Below are positions 1 to 11,741 of a stretch of DNA of 64,000 nt, in pieces. A program made the position numbers and the translations under genes. Position 1 is the first letter of the stretch. The number at the start of each line of letters is the position of its first letter. The notes beneath the pieces were generated by a model that saw nothing but the letters and a program-made list of their open reading frames with translations, made no database searches and had not been told where the DNA came from. This DNA is from a virus. The stretch covers positions 32,296-96,295 of the IMG/VR virus record IMGVR_UViG_3300037141_000279; one strand, given 5' to 3'.

Positions 1-3000
1 CCCCTTGAGTGTCATTGACTTCATTCGGCAACAGCCAAATATTCGGCTGCGATGATCCGCCATTCTGAAGTGTGCCGACGGCATTGAAATACCCGACCAC
101 ATGCTGCAGAGCAATCAGAGGTGCACCCAACTGAGACAACGTGATGCTGCCGATGACGACATTGCAAAGCGAATACGGTGTTCCATTATTCGCGCCATAC
201 ACGCCGCAATCTCCCCAAGAGTTTGTGTCACGAGCGTAGAGATAATTCCCTGGGTTTTGATAGGTGACCGTCACCTGCACTTCAGCGATATCGACGTTAG
301 GTGTCCCGCTCAGCCCCGTAAATGTGCTCGTGATGTCGAAGCCCAGCGCACCCGCGTTGAACGCAGTCGGGCTACCCCATGTCATCCCCCATGTATCAAG
401 CACGCCGCCAAACGTGACAGTGGTGTTGGCGAGACCCAACGAAAATGTGTGAGATGTGGACCCCATGCCCGCACCCGTCGGTTTAATGGTCAGCGTCAAA
501 TCTCCGCTAATCTCAGACTGCTTCCCGATCACGGTGACCTGAACCCCTTGCACTACAGCAGTGAGCGGAATCAAGGTCAACGGAGTCGTGCCAAACGGAT
601 ATGCCGCGCGTAAAGTTTGCGATGTGCCTGCCGCCGCAAATGTCGCTACCGCATATAATGCAGGATTTCCTGCAGTGATGTTGTTCGGATTCACCCAAGC
701 CGCGCCTGTCCCAACGCTTGTCCCCGACAATGGATTCGCGGGGCCGAGAGTCGAGGTGATGCCACCTGTCGGTGACGCCAGCATGAGGCTGTTAAATCCA
801 ACCGACGTTTCAACTGAACGCAACGCACCCGCGCCGCATGCAGGAAACGCAGGAACGCTCCATGCGGGGACATTGCTTCCATACCGCAGCACTTGGTCGA
901 CGCCGTTGCTGACGAACGTGCCCACATCAAGTCCGTTGCGATGTGTGGTCGCGTAGGTCTTGATGGCAGTGAAGTTTGTCGTCAGATAATCGGAGATATG
1001 TTCGCCGATCTCTAGTTTTTGCGTGCCAACCAATTCAAAATATTGTCGCTGCGTCGTGAACAAACCAACGATTGATCCGTCGCGGAATATCGCGTTCGGG
1101 TTCGAGATTCCAAAGTTGCTCAAGAAATCTGTGGGATAGAAACTGATCGTCTCAGGTCCGCCCAGGATCGCGTTGACGCGGTCGGCCAAGAAAACCATCA
1201 GTCCGACGCCGTCTGCGGTCGGCTCGATGCCGAGTACAGGTCCAGCAAATTGAAAGCGATTGCCTGGAGGCCACGCTTGTTCAGGACGCCCGTTTGTGCA
1301 ATCAGGCCCCGCGTTGAAATAAACATAGTTTCCGTTCACCATCCACAATCGCCCACCCCAGTATGCGAGAATCGTGCCTGCGTTGTAGATGGAGATGGAT
1401 TTGAACAGAGAAGACCCTGGCCCTCCTGGCGGGGGATCGTTCTGGTGGTACAGCGGCGCAACCAGAAGAATATCCAGGTCGGCATCAATCACAAAATCGT
1501 CATAGGTCCAGACAACACCCGCGCCTGGGTTCGTCACCGCACCGTCGAACAGATATGTGCCACCGCCATCACTCGTGCGATAGATTTCAACCGCATTGAA
1601 CGTCGCTGTGCCTGTTTCCACTGTCTGAACATAGTTCGCATTTTCAAAATAAATATGAAACCATGTGTTCTGAGTCCCCACAGGCTGGTCTACAGCGATG
1701 ACCTGGAATTGCTGGCCATTCAGGAATGTCGCACCCGTCATCCCAGCCAAGGTGACCCAAAGCCCGTCTTGAAAATTATTGCTGGCTGTAATCGTCACCA
1801 CGTTCGCTGTGATACTCACCGCGGTAATGGTGGCGATAGAGTTACAAAGAGGTGAGCCTGTCCCGACCCCTGTGATGGTCGCCATCAAAGGAATTGCTAC
1901 CCCTGAATCCAAAGCCAGCGAGACCGCGCCGAGCGTTGTCACGGCTGTCCAATTACCGTTAGCATTCACCGTCCCGATATCACCAGTGGGTCCGTATGCC
2001 ACATGTGCCACAAAACCCGTTGACTCAAACTGGGTCGTAGACAAACCTGTTGCGCTAACTGTGACCGTCAACCCGTTGAGCCATGTCGCGGTTCCAACGC
2101 CGCTAAACGTCACCGTCTGCCCCGCCACCAAATTGTTGATCGCTTGGATAATCAATACTGCGCCGCCCGTCACTTCGACAGAGGTCAGCGGAAAGATTGA
2201 GGATGGCACGGCGGACGTGACCGTGAACGAAAGGTTATTCACCGAGGTGCCTGTCGTCAAACCTCGGACAGTGAAAACATTCCCTATCGCGAAGTTGTTT
2301 GATCCGTAGAACGTAACAATGTTTGGCGTTCCCGCCACGATTTTGAAACTCGTAATCGATCCGTTCAGAGGTCCGAGGATCGCGCCTGTGTTCGGTGAGA
2401 ACGGGCTCGCCGTGGTCAAGTGATCGTAGATCGTACGATAAGCATAAACGTACTCATATCCAGTGAACGCAAGACCTGTGCCTTGCCCGAGGTTTGTCCA
2501 AGTATACGACCCATCAACAGTCAGGCCGCCGTCTGTCGTGTTCCAAACTGGAGGAATGACGCCAGTCACCAACGGTGTCGTTGTCAGCGCCCAGTACGGA
2601 ACGATGAGCGAAGAGCCTGTCGCCGCGTAGGCTGCGGATGGTGTGATTCCTGTGTTGCCCGCGACCAGAGAAATCCAATACTGTCCGCCAAAAGAGACCA
2701 CTTCGCCGACAGCGTACGGGGTAGCCACGTCCCATGCAGGAACTGGGTTCGCAATATATGTGCTGAGTTGCAAATTTCCGTTCGGGTCCAAGATCACTAC
2801 AGGTGTCGGATATCCTGTGACGGGATACCATGTCTGAATGTTTCCGTAATTTGTCCAGGTCAGCCCGCCATCCACCACGTTGTTGCCGACGTTCGTCGGC
2901 CACACAGGTTCGTTCGCGCCCGTGATTCCAGGTCCGCTTTGACCACTTGCCAATGTGTAATATATCGTAACCGTCGGCTGGTTCGGGAAATCAAAACCAA

Positions 3001-4698
3001 CTTCAGGAACCACCGACCCACCAACGATGGAGGAGATGAGTGCCGAGATAGCGACACCGAAACCAGATGGTCCGTTTGCATTAAGCTGCGCCGCTGTCGG
3101 TGTTATTCCCCAGATGCCCGCGACGTTTGTAGGTCCACCATACGTTGCGAATGTGTATCCAGCCTGTGACCAGACAGTTGACGCAGCCACATCTGATCCT
3201 GATACCGAGCCGCCGATCACCAGTTTCACCGAGTGGTCTTGAACTGCGCCGAGCCCCACGTTCCACTGCGGGATCGTCACTTCGATTCCCACGACGGTCG
3301 CGCCAGTAGGAACAGCGTTGTTGAAACTCTGCAAGAATAAATATGGCGTCCACCCTGTCGCGAGCGTGGTGAGCGGAAACACAACCGTAAGCCCGACCGC
3401 TTCGCCTGAACCCGAGAAACTCCATGTCGGACTGGCTGAAGTCACCGCACCATAATATGCATTGGCTAATGTATCAGTGCCGAGCGCGGTGATTGATGCG
3501 CCTGGGGTATATCCAGCGGGCGCGGACCCTGCAAACGATCCAACAAGAAACGACGTGCTGAACACAAGTTGTGTGCCGCTAAATGCTACCGTGCCTGTAT
3601 CGAATGATGTGGGGTGAACCACAAAATTGCTTGCGCTGGTTGTCGCGGTGGCGCTGATGCCTGAAAACTCATGCGCGGTGATCTCAAACGCTGGATTACT
3701 GAGCACGACCGAAATGGTCGGCACCCCGCCGACAGTCACAGGCGTAGTCCAAACCCATTCAGTCGAATAATAATTATTTCCACCACCGCCAGCGTAGACG
3801 CCTGTATGCATTGCCTGCTGAGAGTAGACGTTCCCCAAATCATCGGTCACTGAGATGGCAGACGGAATGACGTTGGTCGTCAGTATACCAAACGTAATTA
3901 CAAGGACGTTGCCGACGGTCACCGCAGAGGGAAGAGTGATCGTCCCTGTTGTGGATGCGGTGGCTGATGCGTTTTGTTGAATGTGGCTATATCCTTCTTG
4001 GACTGCGTACCCACCATGAATTGGATCGTAAGTCCAGGTAAGCGCAAGACTCCCACCCAAAGCCAATGTGCTCGCGGCAGTTGGAAATTCAAACGCACCG
4101 TTCGGAATCAAAATCGCGGTGACCGTCTCCACATTTCCATTGGTATCGAGAATACTGTCGCCGAGACTAAATGTCGTGAACGGCTGCCAAAAACCCAGAC
4201 CATTCACAGTCGGCGTGATCGTCGGAGCCGCAAGACCCCAAATTGACAGATTGGTTCCATCCCACGCATATAAATCTGCAGGAGCCCCGTCTGAATAATA
4301 CGTCATATTGCCGATGGTGTTGATGTACCCCTGGGCAATGGTCGTCTTGGGGATGATGGTCGTAAGCGAGGTATCCGTAAAGGTCGCCAAGCGGTGGTTT
4401 GTGTCCACGAAGGCAGAGACCTGCCCGTTCAAATTTCGCGATGAGTAAAACTGATTGACGATTTCCGAATCCGCCATCGGGATCGGACAGAAAATAGAGA
4501 AGCCAGGGCGGCGCTGCCATTCATAAAGGTCAGTGTCTTCCATGTTCGCGCCGTCAATCACAGGATCGTGAAACGACACCACGTTGATGCCGATGTTTTT
4601 GAACGGGGCAAAAAGCTGACTTCTATGTGTGTAAAAACCGCTTAAAGAAAGAACTCAATTGCAAGTGCGGGATCACTTTGCGATAATTTTCTAGCCAT
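1..4698 (-). CDS. Large tail nozzle / tubular-B-like virion protein, >1500 aa, runs off the left edge; apparent -1 frameshift near 4645
   Basis: Not in the ORF track because it has no stop inside the window. Segments I translated by hand (near 1-250, 800-1400 and 3200-4640) share one frame, e.g. AYWGGRLWMVNGNYVYFNAGP...WPPGNRF. SD AAGGAG and ATG at 4698 open an 18-codon frame that stops at 4642; an in-frame ATG is at 4543. Confidence 0.75.
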
Positions 4699-5360
4699 TG
4701 TGTTCTTTCTCCTTTCGGGCTCGGCGAGCCGCTTCTCTTACTTTCGACGCCACTGATTTTTTCGCACAGGTTTCTTCCGAATCCTTGAACCCCGTGCGGG
4801 CGGCAGATTGTTTATTTCTCGTCTCTAAGGTGACCACATGATTTTGCAATCTCGCGGAGATAGCGGCACACTCTTCAGAAGATTTTACGCGCCCGCGATT
4901 CGCCGCCGCCGTTTTCTCAATAGCGGGCGGACTGCTTGCACCCTTTTCGAGATTGCCCATTCCGCACCAAAGCCACACGACCTTCAGGAGAAAATTCACG
5001 TTTGCGGGTAGATGCCCGTGCAGTTCGTTCAGATGTCCACAGACTTCCGCCTGCTTGGATGTTATATCCATGCGGCTGCTTGGTCTGCAGCAAAATAATC
5101 CAAACTTTTTCAAGATTGTCAAGTTCCTGGGCTGACTGAGCCACGGACAAGGTCTGGTGTTCGAACGACTCCGCACCATATTTGCGAATGGCTTTTGCAA
5201 TCAATGCGCCATATCCAGGGTGATGTGGAAGGCGCGCCGCCGTCAGGTGCTTGCCCCAACGTCGTGACACACCCACAGTCGTCTGCCCCACATACCCCTT
5301 GTCCGAGGCAGTGTTCCAATGCAGATAGATTTCTCCACGAAATGGCGCAGCAGCATTCAT
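4691..5360 (-). pseudogene. GIY-YIG homing endonuclease with NUMOD3-like tail, split by a frameshift near 4927
   Basis: GEIYLHWN...YVGQT...GYN in 4917..5360; basic NUMOD3-like repeats continue in the other frame to 4691. Confidence 0.75.
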
Positions 5361-5419
5361 AATGTGAGCGAGGCGTTTAGCCCTCTATCTATGGTTTGGG
5401 AAGTCTTATTTTGAGTTTG

Positions 5420-8104
5420 TTAGAAGCCCGCAACCGCAGGATACGAGCCCCGCGACCACGCGAGTGCAGGAGCCGTGATCGTGCTATTTAAGGCCCCTCC
5501 TGAAGTCGTCCCCGTGCCGCCACCAGGAGCCGCTGCGTTGGTAAACATCAAGTCACGTACTACTGCCGCATCCCCTGATATCCTGATTCCAGGGGTCACC
5601 GCGTTAGATGTGACAGCTACAGCGTACCACCCTGGAACCATGTTCACGGTCACAGGGCCGCCAGCCAGCGGGATTTTCATATCAGTTGCGTTTGTGGGGC
5701 AGATGGTAGTCCCTGGCAGTGCTCCTGTGTGGCAAACCAGCGGCACGTTTGCCGCGCCGTTTAGACACCCTGGACCATAAATGCCGATGTCGTAAAGATT
5801 TGAGGTATTGTCTGACAAGGTACCTTCATGGTAGGTTATATATGATAAAACAGAAACAAAATATGGGAGGTAAAAAGAATAAAGGAACGTGGCGTTTTGC
5901 GTGAGCCCTAGTATGACGTTTGCACTTGAAGTTGACGCCCCAGTGCTGAACGCAGTGGCTCCTGCTGGAAAAAGCGCCGTCGCCAACACGACCGCACCAG
6001 TTCCTGTCACGCCATTTGAGAGATCAGACGCAGCCAACGTCGCGTCCACATAGTCCGTCCCGTTGCCTCGCAGCACATGCCCTGCTGGCGCTGCGCCACC
6101 GATCTGAAACCCTACAGATGTGTTGATCACCCCTGTCACAGACAGCGGCGCGGGCATAGTTATTAAAGTTGCCCCAGGCGTGCCTGCGTGCGCGAAGACG
6201 AGCGTTGCAGTCGGGTTTGTGCCTGCCCCTATCACATCACTAAGAGACCAACTGTCGTAGGCGGACGCAGCGCCGTTCCAATATTGTCCGGTGATCGCTA
6301 GATACCCAGAACTTTGATTCAAGATGTTGGTCGCGGGGGTTGTCGCTTGAATCGTAATATCCGTAGATGCGAACAACGCAGATGAAGATGTGATATTGCC
6401 CGCGTTAAGCGTTCCGACGAAATTAAATCCACCACCACCACCATACCCAGCATTCGTGAATGTCGTCACCATGCCTGGGTTTGTGCCTGCCGAGACCGTT
6501 CGCGTAATCGTGAACGAAGCATCTGCGCTCGCAGCGCCATTCCAATAAGTCGCCCCGAGTTTGAAAATAGGCGAAGACTGGTTTGCCCCGCTCGTCGCAG
6601 CGATCTTCAAATCAAGCGAGGTATTTCCGACGAAATTTACTTTTCCGCCTGCTGCGTATATGGCATAGTTGTTCGCGCCTGTCCCGAAGTCCTCGATGTA
6701 CAAACCGTAATTGTTCGTGGCGATGCTGTTCGCCTCCGAATAGAACCCATAAAGATTCGTGATAGTCGGAGTCGCTAGGTTATTTGCAAAAGTCAGCGCC
6801 TTAAAAGCGATGGCATTTGTAATGGTCGGAATGCCGACGGTTCCCAAAGTTGATTCTGTCTGACCCCCAGCACGCACTCCGATAAGGTTAGTTATTGAAG
6901 TACCCGCATCGTGCGAAACCCCAACCGCAAAGTGTCCGCCTACTGCGGTATCGGCATGGCTCCCATCCCAAACGGTCGCCTGAACCACAATACCCAATAG
7001 GGCGGCATTGGATGGAATATCGCCAGTCAAATTGCAATGGTCGTAAAGATCAACGTCAAAAAATCCGGCAGAAACAAAAGAATTTGGGTCTGTGACGCTT
7101 CGTAAACCTGCAGATGCACGAATTCCGACAGTATCGACAACGCTTCCCGTGACATTAGATACAAGGTTCCAACACGCGATAGCCGCGCCAGGGCCATTCT
7201 GCGCGATGACCTGAAACGCCGGAAGGTCTGTCGTGTCTGCCGTTCTGCTAGGGCTTATCTCGGTGATCTCATTTCTTGCTGTGACACCATATGTGAGAAC
7301 ATTTGTAACCCAATAAGGATCGATGCTAGAGTTTGGGTCTCCGAAATGCGTACTCGGTGTAATGATTGAAGGACTGGCAACTGTAACTAGCCCAGTGATT
7401 TTATTGTACGTGAATCCCGCGTTGCCGCCGAATGCACCACTGTCGTTGAATTGCACATCTGTGTTCAATCCGCCTGGAGTCGCTGGCGGAACAAGACCTG
7501 TGATATCCGCTGCGTTAATCGCACGAAACGTCGGCAACGCATCTGATCCACCCGAGCCAGGACCTGCCAAAAAGAAATGAGGATGTTGAGGAAGCAGAGT
7601 CGGTGTCAGCGTTCCAATAGCTGTGACAGGCGCACTCGCTGTCGCGGTGAACAGCACGCCATCCCCTGTAAACGAAACAGAGGTGACCCCCGCAATAAAA
7701 GTAGTCGGGTAAAAAATGATGTTCCCGCCCGTCGTCGCATACGGCACCATCTGCCCGATGTCCACCGTTGTGCCCGTGGCTTCAGGGAACTGCCACCACA
7801 TTGGAGATTTGTTGATGCGCGCGCCATTTTGGTCATAGAACGTGACCAAATAATATGTGCCCAATCCGTTCACATTCTGAGGATTCAATTCTGCGTTGCT
7901 GTAAATTTGGGCAATGGGGTCAGGAGCGTTCGGCAGAATGTCGCCGTTTGCATCAAATTGAAAATACACCTCTAACTCTGCGGGCACAATTCCGTACGGA
8001 GCCGCGATGATCGTCGCATCAACATTGAGTTGAAACGAGATCGACCCGTTCGGCACCGCCAAACTTGAGATGTTCTGTATATGCCCGTTCACTAAAGTGA
8101 TCAT
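5420..8104 (-). CDS. Tail fiber / tailspike
   Basis: 895 aa, G/T/A rich; PGGLNTDVQFNDSGAFGGNAGFTYNK fiber repeat; SD GAGG before MITLVNG. Confidence 0.75.
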   Translation of the reverse strand: MITLVNGHIQNISSLAVPNGSISFQLNVDATIIAAPYGIVPAELEVYFQFDANGDILPNAPDPIAQIYSNAELNPQNVNGLGTYYLVTFYDQNGARINKSPMWWQFPEATGTTVDIGQMVPYATTGGNIIFYPTTFIAGVTSVSFTGDGVLFTATASAPVTAIGTLTPTLLPQHPHFFLAGPGSGGSDALPTFRAINAADITGLVPPATPGGLNTDVQFNDSGAFGGNAGFTYNKITGLVTVASPSIITPSTHFGDPNSSIDPYWVTNVLTYGVTARNEITEISPSRTADTTDLPAFQVIAQNGPGAAIACWNLVSNVTGSVVDTVGIRASAGLRSVTDPNSFVSAGFFDVDLYDHCNLTGDIPSNAALLGIVVQATVWDGSHADTAVGGHFAVGVSHDAGTSITNLIGVRAGGQTESTLGTVGIPTITNAIAFKALTFANNLATPTITNLYGFYSEANSIATNNYGLYIEDFGTGANNYAIYAAGGKVNFVGNTSLDLKIAATSGANQSSPIFKLGATYWNGAASADASFTITRTVSAGTNPGMVTTFTNAGYGGGGGFNFVGTLNAGNITSSSALFASTDITIQATTPATNILNQSSGYLAITGQYWNGAASAYDSWSLSDVIGAGTNPTATLVFAHAGTPGATLITMPAPLSVTGVINTSVGFQIGGAAPAGHVLRGNGTDYVDATLAASDLSNGVTGTGAVVLATALFPAGATAFSTGASTSSANVILGLTQNATFLYSFYLPYFVSVLSYITYHEGTLSDNTSNLYDIGIYGPGCLNGAANVPLVCHTGALPGTTICPTNATDMKIPLAGGPVTVNMVPGWYAVAVTSNAVTPGIRISGDAAVVRDLMFTNAAAPGGGTGTTSGGALNSTITAPALAWSRGSYPAVAGF

Positions 8105-8112
8105 GATTCCTC

Positions 8113-8472
8113 TTATGGCACAAACGGCGTCATCTGTCCGATATCTACTGTGGACCCTGCGACCTGGGAGAACTTCCACAGAAGGGGTGACTTATGAAGC
8201 CGAGCACCATTTTGGTCGTAAACCACCACCAAATAATACGTCCCCAACCCATTGGCACTTTGCGGATTCAATTCCGCATTGCTGTAAATCTGGGCGGGTT
8301 GGATCAAACTCCCCACACCATCAAACTGAAACGTGACCTCTTGCTGCGCTGGAATCTGTCCATATGGCGCTGCGACGACACGCGCATCCTTGTTCAACTG
8401 AAAGCTGATGCTCCCGTTCGGTTGAAATATACTGCACGGGTTTTGGATGTTCCCATTGATCAGCGTAATCAC
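8113..8472 (-). CDS. Stand-alone paralog of the tail fiber N-terminal domain
   Basis: MITLINGNIQN...NGSISFQLN...AQIYSNAELNPQ...GLGTYYLV...YDQNGAR closely matches the first ~125 aa of 5420..8104. Confidence 0.8.
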   Translation of the reverse strand: MITLINGNIQNPCSIFQPNGSISFQLNKDARVVAAPYGQIPAQQEVTFQFDGVGSLIQPAQIYSNAELNPQSANGLGTYYLVVVYDQNGARLHKSPLLWKFSQVAGSTVDIGQMTPFVP

Positions 8473-8483
8473 ACGGCACCTAT

Positions 8484-9194
8484 CTATGGAACCAAAAGTC
8501 TTATCTTGGCTTGTCGTGCTTTTTGCGATGCCGACATTTTCGCTTTCGTTTCCTCAGATGCAGGCTTGCGATGAGCATCTGCATTCTTGCGTTTCGATTC
8601 TTCGGAGTGCTGTCGACCAAAAAAGGGATTAGCTTCGCCGACCATCGTGCCTTGGCGAATCTCACTCGCCCGCCTGCGCTGTTCTACAGATTTCTTTTTC
8701 CCCAAATTCGCTTGCCGCAGTTTTTCAATATGGTCCGCCGATGGATGAAATTGCGGTCCCAATTCCTGACGCATCGCCAACCATTTCGCTGACTGTTTCT
8801 TTCCTTTCATCCCCGCTTGACCGCCCGCGTCATAATATGCTTGCAGGCTTTCACTTCGTTTGCGCCGAGTCTCCTCCGACTGCGGACCTGTGTTCCCTTC
8901 GCCGCCACGACAAATGTTGTATCCCACTTCTGGGTGCTGAGTATTCAACGCTTTAATCAGCCACCGCTCCCAATAGTCGCACTCTTCTCTCGTCTGCAAG
9001 TCCGAAATCAGAGGATGAATACTCCACGCTTCTTTCGAGTGCAGCCGCATGGATGCGAACAAATGCGAGTTACCACCTCGTCCTTGTTTTGCGTCAGATA
9101 GTTTCGTCTGCAAATATTTCTGCAGAGTCTGCCCCTTATGCTGCCCAATGTAAATCTTCAGTGTTTCCGAATTAACGATTGCGTAGATGAACAT
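8484..9194 (-). CDS. GIY-YIG homing endonuclease, NUMOD3
   Basis: IYAIVN...KIYIGQ...GYNICRGGEG; GEANPFFGRQHSEESK. Confidence 0.9.
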   Translation of the reverse strand: MFIYAIVNSETLKIYIGQHKGQTLQKYLQTKLSDAKQGRGGNSHLFASMRLHSKEAWSIHPLISDLQTREECDYWERWLIKALNTQHPEVGYNICRGGEGNTGPQSEETRRKRSESLQAYYDAGGQAGMKGKKQSAKWLAMRQELGPQFHPSADHIEKLRQANLGKKKSVEQRRRASEIRQGTMVGEANPFFGRQHSEESKRKNADAHRKPASEETKAKMSASQKARQAKIRLLVP

Positions 9195-9238
9195 GATACC
9201 CTCCACACTTATGGTATCATAAGTCTACTTTCCTGTCA

Positions 9239-10639
9239 TTACATCATGAGAGACCGCAGCGGAGTCAACCCTTGTACTGAATCCTCCCTGTCTTCGCTCG
9301 CTAATGCCGCCATCAAAGCCATTTGGGCTGATTGGGCTTGCGCCTGAGTTTCTGATGCGGTTATTCCGTAGGCAAAACGATGACCCTGCCAAAGCAACAT
9401 TTCAAACAGCACGTAAGACAGATCATCAGGCCATTGAAAAACCGATTGAGGGCTCGTGAACTTCGGCGACTTCGCCTGATACACGACGTTGAATGCGAAT
9501 GGATATGTGCTGACAGGCTGCGACAACCGAAACTTCACTACACCGTTGCCGTAATCAATTTCGCAAGACAGGTTGACCGCGTCTCCTGTCGATTGGTATT
9601 CAGGTGCGAGCCGATGCACAGCGTCAATCGGAGTCACGGGCAGAGGAAAACTCGGGTTGTTGATATCCACAAGGGCTGCCGATTCCACCCACGCCAAATT
9701 CCAAATTCCTGGTGCACCTGATGCTGCCGCGTGGATCGTCCCACTGTCCGCGCCATTCGTGATGACTACCCCTGTCGGTGTTGTGAACGTCACCGTTGTG
9801 GATGTCGCCGAAAGCAGTGTCACAGTTTTCCCGATCAATCCAGGGTTAATCGCCACGCTCGCGAATGTCATGATGTCGCCCGCCGTCAAGGCGTTTGAAA
9901 CCTGAACTGTCGTCACGCCGCCCGTCGCCGAGATATTCGTGATCGCACCCGACTGCCCTGGCGTCCCCTGCAGCACGATGTGAAAATTATCAGGGATCGC
10001 GATCAAGGTGTAGCTGTCGGTCCACTGGCTGGTCTGAGTCAGTTGATTGTACGTGAACGTGCTGTTGAACGCGGGATTGACGACACCCGCAATAAGAATT
10101 TGTGAAGTGCCGATGTTCCCCACCTGAAACGGATGAGGATCAAGAAATTGAACAGTAAAAGTGCCAGCAACAGGATCAAATACGATACCCGCTGTTTGCC
10201 AGTTCCCTGAAGGACCATAGGAGTTACCCCCATTGAACGGACCGTAGACCACTTTCGCGGCTCCGTTCTGGTACGTCCCTGGGTTCAGGTCAATGCCCGC
10301 GCCGCCTGCTGGCAGTTGTCCGCCAGGAAGCACGCTGTTGATCAGAGCGAAGCAGGACGCACCTGCATGATGAAAATCTTGGAAGCCCATTTGCGTAACA
10401 AAAAAATGAGGGTTTACTGCAGGGTTGTTGGAACCCATCTGGACCCGATTCCACTTCCATGGCATACGCCTCGTCAAAAGCATCTGTTGCACATTTTCCG
10501 AAAGACGCGCCATCGGTTGCATATTGATTCCACCAACCGCGAAAAAATTCTGCAATTTTGTATGAATTTTTAGAGCATCAGCCATGGCCTGCATCGTGGT
10601 CGTCATGTTGACGTTCGGAACCAAATTAAAATTTGCCAT
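9239..10639 (-). CDS. Virion protein, probable head-tail adaptor / tubular-A-like, with beta-rich insertions
   Basis: 466 aa in the structural cluster; PWKWNR motif; context. Confidence 0.5.
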   Translation of the reverse strand: MANFNLVPNVNMTTTMQAMADALKIHTKLQNFFAVGGINMQPMARLSENVQQMLLTRRMPWKWNRVQMGSNNPAVNPHFFVTQMGFQDFHHAGASCFALINSVLPGGQLPAGGAGIDLNPGTYQNGAAKVVYGPFNGGNSYGPSGNWQTAGIVFDPVAGTFTVQFLDPHPFQVGNIGTSQILIAGVVNPAFNSTFTYNQLTQTSQWTDSYTLIAIPDNFHIVLQGTPGQSGAITNISATGGVTTVQVSNALTAGDIMTFASVAINPGLIGKTVTLLSATSTTVTFTTPTGVVITNGADSGTIHAAASGAPGIWNLAWVESAALVDINNPSFPLPVTPIDAVHRLAPEYQSTGDAVNLSCEIDYGNGVVKFRLSQPVSTYPFAFNVVYQAKSPKFTSPQSVFQWPDDLSYVLFEMLLWQGHRFAYGITASETQAQAQSAQMALMAALASEDREDSVQGLTPLRSLMM

Positions 10640-11192
10640 ATCTATCCTCGTGTGCTTTTCTGCGTGCTGCCGACCACGGCTGCCCTCGTTTAGTGGCTGC
10701 CATTTTTTCTACCGACTCCGCTGACATTTTTCGTCCTGTCGCAGAGATACGCAAATTGTTCTTATGCTCTTCCGAAAACTGTAAGCCTTTGCTCCAAGGT
10801 ACCTGCCCTTGACTGGAGTGGCGCATTTTTCGTTTCGTTTCGTCCGAATGATGTCGACCTGTCATCCCAAGGGTTTTAGGGTGACCCGACAGCGCCAAAC
10901 TTATTTTCTGCTTGGCGGATTCAGAGTGCTGCATCCCTGAAACTCCATCACCACCAGCAGTCAGGTTCCGCAGACAACCTGTGCCTTTATCTTTGCGTCC
11001 AAAAAATTCAATCAGTGCGACTTCAGACTCAAACGCATCCGCTTCACTATCTTGCGGGAAAATCACAATCCGAGCACTATTTTTTGGAGGATGAATGCGG
11101 ACATGAGAAACAAACGCCCGCCGTCCTGTCCCCTTCCCCGCATAATACGGGGTGCCGTCTTCCCGAAGCCAAAGATAAGCGTAAAATCCCAT
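10626..11192 (-). CDS. GIY-YIG-like homing endonuclease, NUMOD3
   Basis: FYAYLWLREDGTPYYAGKG...NLTAGGDG...HSDETKRKM; TATAAT 6 nt before the ATG. Confidence 0.85.
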   Translation of the reverse strand: MGFYAYLWLREDGTPYYAGKGTGRRAFVSHVRIHPPKNSARIVIFPQDSEADAFESEVALIEFFGRKDKGTGCLRNLTAGGDGVSGMQHSESAKQKISLALSGHPKTLGMTGRHHSDETKRKMRHSSQGQVPWSKGLQFSEEHKNNLRISATGRKMSAESVEKMAATKRGQPWSAARRKAHEDRYGKF

Positions 11193-11224
11193 GCCCACAT
11201 TATACCACAAAACCCTAAAATGAC

Positions 11225-11260
11225 GAAAGCCGCCCCGTCAGTGATGACGAGACGGCTTCG
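11225..11260 (-). terminator. Terminator-like hairpin
   Basis: GAAGCCGTCTCGTCA-tcac-TGACGGGGCGGCTTTC on the minus strand. Confidence 0.5.
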
Positions 11261-11338
11261 CCTGTTCGGAGCATCCAACGAGTTTTTAAGGGTTCGTGTG
11301 AGCAGCACGCCCCATCTCAATTGGAAGATCGGTGATGC

Positions 11339-11638
11339 TTAGATTTTCTTTAATTCGGCTTCGACAAAAGCGACGGCCTTGCCCGCTTCGACTTCGGCTT
11401 CGGCCAACAGCTTCTTGGCTTCGGCTTCCGCCTTCGCCACTTCGGCCTTCAACTTCCCCAGCAGGTGATAGCCAGCCTGGATCGCGCCGTCAACAGCGTT
11501 GACATTCGCGATGGCTTGCTCTTTCTGCTTGATGAAGTTACCAATTTCTTGCTCAATCAACTGAATCGCCGTCAGGGCTTTCTTCGGGGCCGCAACGGGT
11601 GTTTCCACTACGGGTAGTGCCTGTTGTGAATCGCTCAT
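11339..11638 (-). CDS. Small coiled-coil protein
   Basis: SD GGAGG; A/E/K-rich helical ORF. Confidence 0.65.
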   Translation of the reverse strand: MSDSQQALPVVETPVAAPKKALTAIQLIEQEIGNFIKQKEQAIANVNAVDGAIQAGYHLLGKLKAEVAKAEAEAKKLLAEAEVEAGKAVAFVEAELKKI

Positions 11639-11741
11639 TTCTATTTCCTCCAAACGTAGAGTTTACTTCTGGTACAAAATCGGAGCGGGGGTCATTACGC
11701 CCAACGGGCGCTCAAAGAATGACCCCGTAGCTCAGAACTTT

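Noticed and set aside
5420-8472. Diversity-generating retroelement template/variable repeat pair
   Set aside because: No reverse transcriptase, and the duplicated region is N-terminal without adenine-specific differences.
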